From positions 17,298-81,297 of IMG/VR virus record IMGVR_UViG_3300043436_004623: a DNA stretch of 64,000 nt, one strand, 5' to 3'. This DNA comes from a virus (lineage: Duplodnaviria; Caudoviricetes). Below the pieces are notes generated by a model, which saw only the letters and a program-made list of their open reading frames with translations, was not told the DNA's origin and searched no databases. Position 1 is the first letter of the stretch, and each line of letters begins with the position of its first letter. The position numbers and the translations under genes are program-made. Below, in pieces: positions 29,349 to 40,118 of the stretch.

Positions 29349-30136
29349 AAGTGTCCAATATAGTTAAGTGTTAATTTTATATTTCCATCTGCAGAACTTG
29401 ATAACGACTCCCCAACTAAAGAAGCATTAGGTATGGTTAAAGATTGTAAAGTAGCTAAACTATCTCTAGATGTTATAGAAAAAGAAAGAGTTTTATTTTG
29501 TCTATTTGATAAAAATGCAAATCCACTTTGTAAAAATGCATCATCAACATCAATTTGAACAGTTGCTGCATATTCAATTATCGGCATTGATAATATTTCA
29601 CTTGGCATTTTAGATCCAATTGTATATATAGGTTTTCTATAAGTTTTTAATGCATAATCAAAACCAACAATTCTATTAGTTGTAGAGCCATCACAGGTTA
29701 TGCTTATATTTCCCTGTCTTGGTATATATATTAATGGCGCGGACGCTGTACCATATGCATTTTTACCAGTTGTCATTTCATCGTAAACAGTTATATTTGT
29801 TGTTACTTTAGGTATATTGCCTACAGCACAATTAACCATATACTCATCTAAATAACCGCTATTAAATCCATAAAACCTTCCATCATAATTTAAACTTCCT
29901 TTTATAGCAGAATTACCAGTATATGATAATAAGTTATCATTATAAATTAAATATCTAGATAATGATATTTTTTGCTGTGGACTTGCGCTAACTGTTGTTA
30001 CCCCTTTGCTTGATCCCAAAATTTTATTTACATTATATGAATTTGAATAATTTATATCAATCGACTCAATCCCCAAAATCTCTTGATTTTGAATATAAAA
30101 CTTATTCTCATTATTATTTATTGAATTAAATGACAT
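29345..30136 (-). CDS. Tail-tube-fold paralog (baseplate/tube initiator-like)
   Basis: GYLDEYMVNCAVGNIPKVT resembles major tail AYLTDYTVDLSVGNIPTVS. Confidence 0.65.
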   Translation of the reverse strand: MSFNSINNNENKFYIQNQEILGIESIDINYSNSYNVNKILGSSKGVTTVSASPQQKISLSRYLIYNDNLLSYTGNSAIKGSLNYDGRFYGFNSGYLDEYMVNCAVGNIPKVTTNITVYDEMTTGKNAYGTASAPLIYIPRQGNISITCDGSTTNRIVGFDYALKTYRKPIYTIGSKMPSEILSMPIIEYAATVQIDVDDAFLQSGFAFLSNRQNKTLSFSITSRDSLATLQSLTIPNASLVGESLSSSADGNIKLTLNYIGHL

Positions 30137-30138
30137 AT

Positions 30139-33100
30139 TTAATATAACAACCCTCCAACTCTTTGCTCTTGTTGAATAACTTTAACTACTTGTTCTTTAA
30201 TTTGCTGTGCAAATTTTGTTAATGCCTCATTAGCACTTGTTGATGTATCTGATTCTTTTGTAGAATTACCAGCACTGTCAACATTAATTGTAATCGAAGC
30301 TAATGAACCAGAAGTAATTTTATCAATTAACTCATCAAGTTTTGAAATAATTCTATCATTAAGTTCTTCTGTTTTTTCTTCGGTGGGAAGAGAACCTGCA
30401 CCAGCATTTAATGACTGTAAATTACCAGCACCAATATTTTGAGATGCAGCGCGATTCATTATAAATTCACCGCCAGAAAGCATTGTTGGAACAGTATCTA
30501 TTCCACTTGTTTGTGGGATTGATCCACCAGTAGCTCTTTTAAAGAAATTATCGAACCAGCTTGTCTTTTGTGAAACTTCTGGTATATTAGATGTAACATT
30601 ATTAACAGAACCCGATGGTTTGTATGAATAATTTGAACTTAAATATTTAGCAAACTCTTTATTTTCTGATCCTGAACTTTGTTTAAAAGCCTCTGCTAAA
30701 GCTTCTCCGCTTCCAATTTGAGAAAGCTTATAAGTTGATGATGCACCTTTAAAATCGCCAGTTAAAAATTGCCCAGCAGATGAAAAATAATTTTTTAATC
30801 CACCAACATTTACAGCTGACCCATCTGCTCCAGTGATTGTTCCACCACTCCATATGCCACTTAATTTATTTCCTGCAGCTTTGTAACCACTTGCAGCTGA
30901 TTTAGCAACACCAGACGCTACAGACGTAACAGCTGCTGTTGCCATGCCAGTCCAGAAACTTTTCCACATAGCTTTCTTTTCTTCTTCTGCAGCTTTTTCT
31001 ATTGCTTCTATTTGTTCTAATCTATCTTGTTCTTGTTGGTATTGAGAAGAGTATAAATCAAATGCTTGAGATTTGACACCCTTTTCAGCACCAAGAAGAC
31101 CGTCTGTTCTTGATCTTCCGTAATTTGTTAATCTATAACTTTCAGATTCTAAATCTACTGAAGCGAAATTATTGCCAGAAACCATTCTATCATATAAACC
31201 GCTGCTATAAGCTTGTGTGGCGTAAGATAATAAATTTTCTTTTCCTTTAATTGTTGCATATGTTTGTGTACCTGGCGCATAAAAACTTCCACCAGCTCCT
31301 ACCTGAGATTTAAAATCTTGGAAGTCTTTATTATCATCTATTGTTTTTTGATAAAAATTTGGATCGTAAGATCTTTCATCCACTAAATTTTGCGCTCTTA
31401 AATAATCATCATCTGATCTATTTGATCCATATCTTCCTCCCGAAACAGTTACCGCTCCTCCTGATGCATATTTTTGTATAGATCCATTGTTAAGAGCATT
31501 TAAAAATTCTTGTCCATATTTTTGAACAGCTTTTTTCTTAACAACATATTCCCCACCCATTAGCATAGCTGGGACATCATCTTTATTCCCAGAACCACCA
31601 TTAATCATTCCACCAGATGCATATTTTTTAACCTCTCCGCCTTGAGAAAATCCTGAGAAAATACTTGATGTAAATGTATTTGCAAGATTTTTTATAGCCA
31701 TGCTTTGAATTTCTTGAACAAAGCTTGATGCGGCTGAAAGCAACGCATCCTCTAAACTCTTAGCCCCAGTAACAGCATCTTGTATACCTTGTGATAAATT
31801 ATTGGAAAATGAAGTTGGTATTGCTTGCCCTAATTCATATTGAAAATTAGAAATATCCTTATTTATATTTGTTACAGCATCAGCCCAACCCTTTGAGAAA
31901 GTTTGAGGTTGCATTGCTTTTAAAGCTGCTATATCCTCTAATCTTTTTGCTTCTTTTTTTGCAGCCTCATCTACACCTAATTTTTTAAATCCTTCAGCTG
32001 CTTGTCTAATTGATGTTGCAAACTTTGTAATTTCTTGCGCTGGAGCATCTGCACCTAAAAATTCTTTCGCGGCTTTTTCAGCAGCTTCTCCTATTTTACT
32101 TATATCTAAAGCTGCAATTTTTACTGCTTCTGAATATGCTTTTTCTGATAAATCAAATTGTTTAGCAGCTCCCTGTTTAGTTTGCTGAGTCATTGTCGCT
32201 GGTATTGGTAAACCAGCACCTCGAAAAGCATAATTATAATAATCTCCTAGTTGTGTTCCAGATTCTCTTTTACTTCTGGCGGCAGCTAATGAAGCTTTAT
32301 CCACATTTGATGATTCAATATGCCACGGTTCATACTTACCTCCTCCTTGCCCCATCATTGGTCTATAAAATCCATGTTTTTGCAACAAGCCTAATCTTGC
32401 TGCTTTATCCATTTGATCAGAGCTTGCATCTATAGCTAAACCAAAACCATGCATTGATGTTCCTGGTGTAGCCGCTAAATTTGGTTTTCTTCTTTTAACA
32501 TCTACTTGTGATGCAAATGATCTATAACCATCTGTGACCTGAATTTTCTCACCAGTCTGTAATTCATAATCAGCCGCCATTGCTTCAAAATCTTTTCTAA
32601 ATCTTGAATTAAGACGAGCCATATCAGCACCCATATTAACTATACTAGAATTGGCTGCTTTTGAAATGCTAGAAATATTAGGTAATGGAGTAAATGTAAA
32701 AGGATTTTGTTGTGAACCAGATGGTTGCCCAGGAATTCCAGGCGTTAGAGCTGCAGATGGTTGTAATTGTTGCATTTTCTGCGCTATATTTTCTGGTAAT
32801 TTTTGCAATTCTTGTATAGCTATTTCTGTAGTGCTTTTTAAGTTATCTAAAGCTGTTGTCGCACTAGCCAACTTAAGAGAATTTTCATCTACTTTTAAAC
32901 TTCTTGTTAATTCGGATTTAATTTCAAGAGCTGTTTTTTCACGTTCAGCAGCCATCTCTAAATCAAAATATTTTTGATTGATTTGATCAAGACCTTTCTT
33001 GAAGTCTTCTGCCGTAGTGCTTAATGATGTTCTTTCATAAACAGATGTTTCAAGTTCTTTTCTAGCTTGATTGACTGATTGTCCACTTGAAATTGTACCA

Positions 33101-36100
33101 GCTCTAAAGTCTAACGCCGAAGCTTTACTTTCTAATTTGTAATTTATTCCTTCAACTATTGCAGCTCTATCTTCTTCATTTTGTTTTGTTTTTACAGATA
33201 TATCATAGAGCTTATTTCTTCTTGATTCTTCTTGATCTAAAAGATTTAAAATATTCTTTTCTCCCTGGGTAAACTGAAGAATAGCTGTAGTCATTAATTT
33301 AATATATTCTTCATTATTTTTATACTCTTCCCCTAATTCAGTAGATCTTGTTATTAAATTTGATAATTCTGTATTATTACCTTTTAATGCTTGTGATATT
33401 GCTGCTGCTGCCCCTGGTGTTTTGTATATGTTATTTACAAATTCTTTAGACTTATTTACAGCTTCTTCTATTTGCTTCTTATCTGTAATAGCTCCAAATT
33501 GAAGACCTCCTTTGCTAATTTCAGAGAGTGATTCATCTAACTTATCAGCAATTTGTGATTGAGCTTCTAATTCTGCAGTAATTCTTGCTTGTGTATTTTC
33601 TTGTTCTGCTAATTTTTTAGCTCTTTGTGTTTGTGAAAGTGTTAAATCAGAAGAAATTGCTAAAATTCTTTCTTGATTATTTACTTCGGCTTGATTTAAT
33701 GCGCCTTTTTCTTGAAATTTTCTTACATTTAAGAGTTCTTGCGCTCTAATTAATTTTAAAGTTTCTTGGACCTGTGAGGAGATTGATTCTTTAGCTGTTT
33801 GAGCAGCATCTTTTTCAGCTTTATCTTTTTGATTTATTAAATCAACAATTAACTCTAGTGCCTTTACTTGAGGTTCTTCTTCTGTTATCCCAACGGCAGA
33901 TAGACCATCAGTAAGTTTTTTACGATATTGTAATAAATAATCTGTATTACCCTTTGTTGATTCATCACCAGTACCAGTAAGAAAAGTTTTTAAGAGTTCG
34001 TCACTCAAACCAATAAGGGTTTGACCCATGCCTTCTCCTGGTTTTAAATCAAATTTATTAAGAAAATCTTCTGGTTTGAATTTTGCAGCAATTTTAATCA
34101 ACCCTTCAATTTCTTGACTAATTTTATTTACTTCGTCCGCAGTAACTTTACTTCCAGATTTTGATGCCTCTCGCACCATATTCCACATTTTACCATATGA
34201 AACTCCAACAGCCAGCGCTTGATCAATTGTTTGGTTGAAAGATTCTTCTAATACATCGCTTACTCCTTCAAATTCAGCTAATTTTTCTACCTCTTGACCA
34301 CGGTAAATTTGTCCAGTTTTTATTTTTCTAGACCCAGAAAGAAGAGCTTCCCTACGTTGTTCTATTCTTTCTTTTTGTGCTGGATTGAAATTACTTAAAT
34401 TGATAGCCGCTTTAGAAGCTGCTTCAGAAACTCTATACATTGCTTCTGAAGCTTTATTAATAGCTGGATTAGTTGAATCCATATAAGAAGCAAATTGTTT
34501 AAATGCTTCAAATGCACCAGCAGCTATAGCACCATAAATACCTACCTGACCTAACACTTTAGATGCCATACTCCCTTCTTTAGCTAAACCTGATAGACCT
34601 TGACCAACTAATGCGACTGTTGAAGCTGCTGATGCAATAGAACCAACAGCATTAGCAAATTTACCAACTCCACTTGTAGCATCACTAGTCGCGCCAGTGA
34701 GTAAAGTTAATCCAGTTTGAACAAGAAAAATAACACCTAATAAATCTCTTTTTGGTTTTTCTATATCGGCGCTACTAGTAGTTGTTGTAGGCGTATTTCT
34801 TGGTACTCCAGATGAAGTTCCAGATGCGCCAATCATTGTTCCTGGTCCAGAGTTTACATAATTAGGAACAAACCCTCCAGCTGCACCATACAACATTGGA
34901 TTAGCGCCTTCTTTTCTGGCACGACTAATTCCCTGCATACCGCCAGCTGGTTCATCACGGCGATTAGCAACCATTAATCCCATTGGATTCATGGAGTTCT
35001 TTAATGATGAATTTTGATCTACATAAATTTGCGAAGCTGGAACACCAGCGGACATTTCGCGGCCAATAGCCTCTTTAAGTGGATCTGCAAAGTTAGGAAT
35101 AAAGCCTTTAGCGCCATTAACCAAATTAAAATTACGAGATTTTGATTTAACATAACCCATAAAATCAAACTGATTTAATGGCGCATAAGTTGTTCCTTTT
35201 AATTGTTTTTTACTTCTTAAATCCCCTTCTTCTGCGACCGTTCTTCCAGCTCTTCTAGATAAGATATCAAGATTTTTTGCATAAAGATAAGATACTTTAC
35301 CGCCAGAAGCATTTACTGCTGAAATTATAGCTTCTAAATTTTTAGATATGCCGCCTCCTTTTGCACGAGCAGCTCCAGAAAGAATATCAATTTCTGATGC
35401 ACTAGCTACATCGCTAACACCAGAAAGAAATTTACCCATTTTTCCAGCTAATGTCGATTTGCCTGATCCTGCTGGACCAATAATAAGATTCTTTTTAACT
35501 TGAGAAGCAAGAACTGCTTTTAAGGTAGCCCCTTTGTCTGGAGCAATCCTATCGGAATCATAAATGTATTTTGCAAAGTTAGGAATATAACCTCTACTTG
35601 CTTTTATAGTAGCTTTATTAATCGCTTCAGCTACACCTATACTTTTTGATAATTTATTAGCAAAAAGTGGAGAATTTAAAATTTTCTCAGACATGCTTTT
35701 AACAGCATATTTACCTTTATTAATTTTAAAATCTGCTAATCCATTATTTGGAATCGAATTTGGACCAAATAATTTAATAATATTATCTCGCGCATCCCCC
35801 CTAGCGTTAACATCAAAATCCCCACCAATATTTTCAATATTTTTATCATTATCTATTGATGCGGCTCTTATGCCAGTAGTAACAGCTGCGTCAAAAATAC
35901 CACCAAAAGCACCCATCACAGAACCAATAAAACCTTTAACTTTATCAACCTCTTCTAATGTTTCTGGCTCTATAGGATTTTTACTATCTAAAGAAGAAAC
36001 TATTTTTCTTGCATAAGATAAGGCTGTTTTATTGGCGAGATTTTTAATTGTATCTTCATTAAATTTTCTTTCAAAATCATTTCTAATCGACTGTTTTCCA

Positions 36101-38325
36101 TTAGCTTGTAATCCAAATGATTCAAATTTAAATTCAGCATTTTTTCCGCTGCCAAATATATTCTTTTTAGTATATATTGCACTTAAACCGCTTTGATTTG
36201 GTGTTAAAATAGTTGGTAAATCATCGCCTAATATAGAAGCAACATCAATAACTTTTTTTTGTTTGTCAGTAACTACTAAAGCACGATCAAATTGAGATTT
36301 ACTAATTCTATATTGTGCATTATTGTAAGTAACAAATCCATCTTTCGCCGCTTTTGACGCTTCTTCAAAACTGCCCCAGTTAAAATCTCTATACCCTTGT
36401 TGCGGCAATTCTTTTAATTTTGCAAAATTAGGAATAAATCCTCCAGCAGCACCAATCTTTTTAGCACCAGCTGGAAGACCCATTGATCTAACCATATCTC
36501 TATTAAAGATAGCTGAACCACCTCCTGCAAAATTAGGAATAATATATTCACCAGTATGAGCGACCATCGTTCCTTTTTTGCCACCACCAAATGCAAAATT
36601 TGGTATAACTACTGGTTTATCTCCAGCTTTTGCTCCACCAACGCCACGGTTAATATCACGAGATTCTTGAGAAACTGCTGGCATATAACCACCAGCCGCC
36701 TGAGGAACCCTCAATCCTTGACCACCAGTTGATCTGACTCCTTGTTGATATAACGATCCAGCTAATGATCCAGCTGTAGCAGACATTCTACGCATTACAG
36801 CTTCTTGCTGGACAATAGCGTCAGTCATTAACTTGAGTTGGGCGGCGCGATTTCCTTCTAAAGCGAAAAGTTGTCTTTGTAAAGTTAAATTACTACCTAA
36901 AGCAGCAGCAATTGCTTTTTCAACACTTGCAATTTCTTTTGCAGATTGACCAATTTTAAAGAAACTTTTTAAACTCTCAATACCAAAACCAATTAAATCT
37001 TTGGAAAGTTTTGCAATAATTGCTCCAAATAATGCTAAACCAGGACCAGCTAGAACATTTCCAATTCCTTTTGCTAACCCTTGAACAAAAGTACCTAACG
37101 CGCTTTCCTCTCCAAGAATTTTTTGTATATCCTCTAAAACATTATTAAAGAAACTTAATAAACCTTTTAAACTATCTGTAATACCAATAGCCCCAAGAGT
37201 TGCCCCAAGTTGTTGTGCGCTTAAATTGACTTTATTAATTAAAGAAGCTAGTGTTTCATTTAATGCTGCATTTTTTTGATATGCCTCATTTGTTGCGTCA
37301 GCTGATAATTTAACTATATCATTATATTTAGATTGTTCACTTGATAAATCTTTAACAGCGGCTAATAAATTTGATAATTGATAAACGCCACCAAGTTTTT
37401 TAGCGATATCTGCTTGTTCTAGTTGACTTAAATTATTAAACTCTGCACCTAAGTTTTGTAAAATTCTTGTAGCGGGTAAAACCTTACCTTCTAAATCGGT
37501 AACTTGAATACCTAAATTTGATAAATCTTGTAAAGCTCCAGTATCTTGTATACGAGCGAAAATTGTTTTAAATGCGTTACCAATAACAGCACCACCGCGA
37601 GCAGTTCTTTCTTGAACTGTTGTAATAATACCAACTAACTCATCAAATGAAACACCAGCCTGATCAGCGACAGATGCAGATCTTTTAAGACCTTCAATTA
37701 AGTCTCTTTCTGAAACTGAATATTGTTGAGAAACGACAACTAGCTTATTTAAAATTTGAGATGTGGTAATTCCTGTTTCTTTAAACGAGTTGAATGCCGC
37801 CGTTAAACCTTCAACAGATTGTTGAGCATCTAAACCAGAAAGTCTTGAAAGAATAAGTGCGTCATTAATTCTTTTTAAAGTGTCTTCTGTGTTTAAACCT
37901 TGTCTAGCAAGTTCTAACGCACCTTTAGCAACAGTATCAAAAGTTTGACCAGTAGTTTTAGCTACATCAAAAAGTTTATTACCAAAGTCTTGTAACGCAT
38001 CTCCGCTTCTATTTAAAACTGTATTAATTTCTACAAGAGATTTCTCAACCTCAATTGTATTTCTGACTAAAGCGCCAAAAGCTTTACTTACGCCATTAAT
38101 AATACCAACTGAAGCGCCGAAAGCAAACACGCGAGCATTTGCAGCTTCCATTGATTTTGTAAATTCATCAGCTTGACCAGTAATTCTACCAAGAGGTTGA
38201 GATAAAGCATTAATTTGGCGACTATTCGTTCCAAGATTAATCTGAGTATTACGCCCAGCATTTCTCATGGCCTGTTGAATACTCGCTTCTAATCCTGTTT
38301 GGGTTACTGGTATCTGTAGTGGCAT
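30139..38325 (-). CDS. Tape measure protein (TP901-like N-terminus) with inserted domains, including an M15 peptidase
   Basis: 2728 aa; ELARQGL..EDTLKRI, A.QAGVSFDELVGIIT, GNAFKTIFARI; YRSF...SMHGFGLAID...EPWHIE at about 32300-32620; two GG..D.VP.ML.GGE motifs near the C-terminus. Confidence 0.92.
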   Translation of the reverse strand: MPLQIPVTQTGLEASIQQAMRNAGRNTQINLGTNSRQINALSQPLGRITGQADEFTKSMEAANARVFAFGASVGIINGVSKAFGALVRNTIEVEKSLVEINTVLNRSGDALQDFGNKLFDVAKTTGQTFDTVAKGALELARQGLNTEDTLKRINDALILSRLSGLDAQQSVEGLTAAFNSFKETGITTSQILNKLVVVSQQYSVSERDLIEGLKRSASVADQAGVSFDELVGIITTVQERTARGGAVIGNAFKTIFARIQDTGALQDLSNLGIQVTDLEGKVLPATRILQNLGAEFNNLSQLEQADIAKKLGGVYQLSNLLAAVKDLSSEQSKYNDIVKLSADATNEAYQKNAALNETLASLINKVNLSAQQLGATLGAIGITDSLKGLLSFFNNVLEDIQKILGEESALGTFVQGLAKGIGNVLAGPGLALFGAIIAKLSKDLIGFGIESLKSFFKIGQSAKEIASVEKAIAAALGSNLTLQRQLFALEGNRAAQLKLMTDAIVQQEAVMRRMSATAGSLAGSLYQQGVRSTGGQGLRVPQAAGGYMPAVSQESRDINRGVGGAKAGDKPVVIPNFAFGGGKKGTMVAHTGEYIIPNFAGGGSAIFNRDMVRSMGLPAGAKKIGAAGGFIPNFAKLKELPQQGYRDFNWGSFEEASKAAKDGFVTYNNAQYRISKSQFDRALVVTDKQKKVIDVASILGDDLPTILTPNQSGLSAIYTKKNIFGSGKNAEFKFESFGLQANGKQSIRNDFERKFNEDTIKNLANKTALSYARKIVSSLDSKNPIEPETLEEVDKVKGFIGSVMGAFGGIFDAAVTTGIRAASIDNDKNIENIGGDFDVNARGDARDNIIKLFGPNSIPNNGLADFKINKGKYAVKSMSEKILNSPLFANKLSKSIGVAEAINKATIKASRGYIPNFAKYIYDSDRIAPDKGATLKAVLASQVKKNLIIGPAGSGKSTLAGKMGKFLSGVSDVASASEIDILSGAARAKGGGISKNLEAIISAVNASGGKVSYLYAKNLDILSRRAGRTVAEEGDLRSKKQLKGTTYAPLNQFDFMGYVKSKSRNFNLVNGAKGFIPNFADPLKEAIGREMSAGVPASQIYVDQNSSLKNSMNPMGLMVANRRDEPAGGMQGISRARKEGANPMLYGAAGGFVPNYVNSGPGTMIGASGTSSGVPRNTPTTTTSSADIEKPKRDLLGVIFLVQTGLTLLTGATSDATSGVGKFANAVGSIASAASTVALVGQGLSGLAKEGSMASKVLGQVGIYGAIAAGAFEAFKQFASYMDSTNPAINKASEAMYRVSEAASKAAINLSNFNPAQKERIEQRREALLSGSRKIKTGQIYRGQEVEKLAEFEGVSDVLEESFNQTIDQALAVGVSYGKMWNMVREASKSGSKVTADEVNKISQEIEGLIKIAAKFKPEDFLNKFDLKPGEGMGQTLIGLSDELLKTFLTGTGDESTKGNTDYLLQYRKKLTDGLSAVGITEEEPQVKALELIVDLINQKDKAEKDAAQTAKESISSQVQETLKLIRAQELLNVRKFQEKGALNQAEVNNQERILAISSDLTLSQTQRAKKLAEQENTQARITAELEAQSQIADKLDESLSEISKGGLQFGAITDKKQIEEAVNKSKEFVNNIYKTPGAAAAISQALKGNNTELSNLITRSTELGEEYKNNEEYIKLMTTAILQFTQGEKNILNLLDQEESRRNKLYDISVKTKQNEEDRAAIVEGINYKLESKASALDFRAGTISSGQSVNQARKELETSVYERTSLSTTAEDFKKGLDQINQKYFDLEMAAEREKTALEIKSELTRSLKVDENSLKLASATTALDNLKSTTEIAIQELQKLPENIAQKMQQLQPSAALTPGIPGQPSGSQQNPFTFTPLPNISSISKAANSSIVNMGADMARLNSRFRKDFEAMAADYELQTGEKIQVTDGYRSFASQVDVKRRKPNLAATPGTSMHGFGLAIDASSDQMDKAARLGLLQKHGFYRPMMGQGGGKYEPWHIESSNVDKASLAAARSKRESGTQLGDYYNYAFRGAGLPIPATMTQQTKQGAAKQFDLSEKAYSEAVKIAALDISKIGEAAEKAAKEFLGADAPAQEITKFATSIRQAAEGFKKLGVDEAAKKEAKRLEDIAALKAMQPQTFSKGWADAVTNINKDISNFQYELGQAIPTSFSNNLSQGIQDAVTGAKSLEDALLSAASSFVQEIQSMAIKNLANTFTSSIFSGFSQGGEVKKYASGGMINGGSGNKDDVPAMLMGGEYVVKKKAVQKYGQEFLNALNNGSIQKYASGGAVTVSGGRYGSNRSDDDYLRAQNLVDERSYDPNFYQKTIDDNKDFQDFKSQVGAGGSFYAPGTQTYATIKGKENLLSYATQAYSSGLYDRMVSGNNFASVDLESESYRLTNYGRSRTDGLLGAEKGVKSQAFDLYSSQYQQEQDRLEQIEAIEKAAEEEKKAMWKSFWTGMATAAVTSVASGVAKSAASGYKAAGNKLSGIWSGGTITGADGSAVNVGGLKNYFSSAGQFLTGDFKGASSTYKLSQIGSGEALAEAFKQSSGSENKEFAKYLSSNYSYKPSGSVNNVTSNIPEVSQKTSWFDNFFKRATGGSIPQTSGIDTVPTMLSGGEFIMNRAASQNIGAGNLQSLNAGAGSLPTEEKTEELNDRIISKLDELIDKITSGSLASITINVDSAGNSTKESDTSTSANEALTKFAQQIKEQVVKVIQQEQRVGGLLY

Positions 38326-38362
38326 TCCTTAATCCTTTAGGAATATTTACACATAAAAAATA

Positions 38363-39349
38363 CTATTCTCCCATTAATTTAATCATATCATCCATGTTTA
38401 AAGTGCCGCCACTATTTTTAATATGATCAGACAATGAAATAGTTGGTGTGTCTGGTATTACTTCTTGCAAGTCTTCTTTTGTTGCACCAAAAAGAGTTGT
38501 TGCTCCAGAGTCTTTATCTTTTATTTTTGATAAAACTTTATTGTTTCCACCGCTGCGTTTACTTTCTGCAAATCTTAATAAAGCAGATGGGTCTTTTTTA
38601 ATTCCATTTGGAATGTCATCATTGTATTGGAATATGTTATAAAATACTCTAGCATATAAAGCTAGTTTTAGTTGATAAACAGAAAGGTGGATAATTGGTT
38701 TGCCATAAAATGATGAAACATCTTCTGTTTGAGATAAATACATGTTAAAGAAATCCCTCAAAACACTTTCTTGAATAAGTTCTTCACTAAGTCTACTAGA
38801 ACAATTTGAATTTTGTTTTACTAAAGATGTAATATCTTTATCATCTAATTCACCAAATTCTTCTTCAGTAAATAAGTGTTTTTTTAAATCTTGATCTTTA
38901 AATAAAATATATCTAATAAACTCTTCATTAGATCTAGAACTTGCAAAATCTTCAGCAGTTGTGCCAACAACTTCTTTTCTTTTAATTTTAAAAATATTTA
39001 ATTCTTTATGTCTTTCGGCAATTGTTTCTTGTAAAGCTTTTTTTTGTGATGGTAAAATTGTATTCAATAAAGAATCTTTTAAATTATCCAACTCCACTTC
39101 AAGAGATGAAATTTTAAAATCATCATCTTTAGACCAAAGACCATCTTTTTTTAAATTATTTAAAGCTTCTTCTTCAGTAGGTATACCTTTATTAATTGCA
39201 AGATTTTTATATTTATTATAATACTTATGTATATACCTTTGATCTCTAATAGAAAAATGTTTTAGGTATACTGGTTCACCTTTAAAGTAAAACTCAGTAT
39301 ACCCATCAAATATTTCACCAACAATGGCTATATATTCTTCTTCACTCAC
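38363..39349 (-). CDS. Probable tail assembly chaperone
   Basis: Immediately upstream of the tape measure gene; helical, charged sequence. Confidence 0.5.
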   Translation of the reverse strand: MSEEEYIAIVGEIFDGYTEFYFKGEPVYLKHFSIRDQRYIHKYYNKYKNLAINKGIPTEEEALNNLKKDGLWSKDDDFKISSLEVELDNLKDSLLNTILPSQKKALQETIAERHKELNIFKIKRKEVVGTTAEDFASSRSNEEFIRYILFKDQDLKKHLFTEEEFGELDDKDITSLVKQNSNCSSRLSEELIQESVLRDFFNMYLSQTEDVSSFYGKPIIHLSVYQLKLALYARVFYNIFQYNDDIPNGIKKDPSALLRFAESKRSGGNNKVLSKIKDKDSGATTLFGATKEDLQEVIPDTPTISLSDHIKNSGGTLNMDDMIKLMGE

Positions 39350-40101
39350 ACTTCATTTTTCTCAATTCTTTCCATTAAGCCGTCAAAGGATTCTTTGTCA
39401 GAAGCTTGGTTAAAGAACCAGAAAGCTAAAATAGTTGCAGCCTTTTTAGTAATTAAAAAGTAAAGACTATCATCAGATTCTTCTCTTTTATAATATTCTT
39501 CAATTCTTTGATCAAAATCTCCAGTTCCAAAAAATGGTTTTGGATTCTCATCTTCTTCTTCTTGAATATAAGTAAGCATAATTACATACCATAAAATCAA
39601 ACGATTTTGAGCCTTTACATCAGCGGTATGATCAAAAAGTGATTGATAGTTAGATTCAAATTCAACAATCTGACGGCGGGTTGAAGCAAGCTCCTTAGTA
39701 ATTTCTTCTACTCTTTCTTTTTGTTTATCAGACTTTTCTTGAATAATCTCAAGACGAGAATATTCATTTTGAAGATCAAAAATCTTTTTATAAGAATCAA
39801 CTAATGAACCAGCGTCATCTTCACTCATCAAACCACCAGTATCACTATACTTCTTAGCAAGCATGGCTTTTGTTAAAATTCCCTTCTTAACGCAGCGACT
39901 CATTTCAACACTGAATTCTAACTCAGCTTCTTCTAATTCTCTGCGAGATGGCCTTTTTAAACGAATTGAAACAGGTGTTTTTTCTTTTACTTTTTTCTTA
40001 GTAATGATTTCTTCACCTGTTTTTTTATCCTTTTTAGTAGATTCAATTGTTTTCTCTACTTCCTTATCGACTGTGAAACTATATAATTCTTTGAATTCCA
40101 T
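39346..40101 (-). CDS. Probable tail assembly chaperone
   Basis: Synteny; LKRPSRRELEEAE motif; GTGA overlap with the next gene. Confidence 0.5.
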   Translation of the reverse strand: MEFKELYSFTVDKEVEKTIESTKKDKKTGEEIITKKKVKEKTPVSIRLKRPSRRELEEAELEFSVEMSRCVKKGILTKAMLAKKYSDTGGLMSEDDAGSLVDSYKKIFDLQNEYSRLEIIQEKSDKQKERVEEITKELASTRRQIVEFESNYQSLFDHTADVKAQNRLILWYVIMLTYIQEEEDENPKPFFGTGDFDQRIEEYYKREESDDSLYFLITKKAATILAFWFFNQASDKESFDGLMERIEKNEV

Positions 40102-40118
40102 ATTATTTTTCTATTATA

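Noticed and set aside
39340-39420. Programmed -1 frameshift joining the two tail chaperone ORFs (lambda G/GT type)
   Set aside because: The -1 frame has a TGA two codons before the downstream GTG and no slippery heptamer lies after it; the GTGA overlap fits translational coupling
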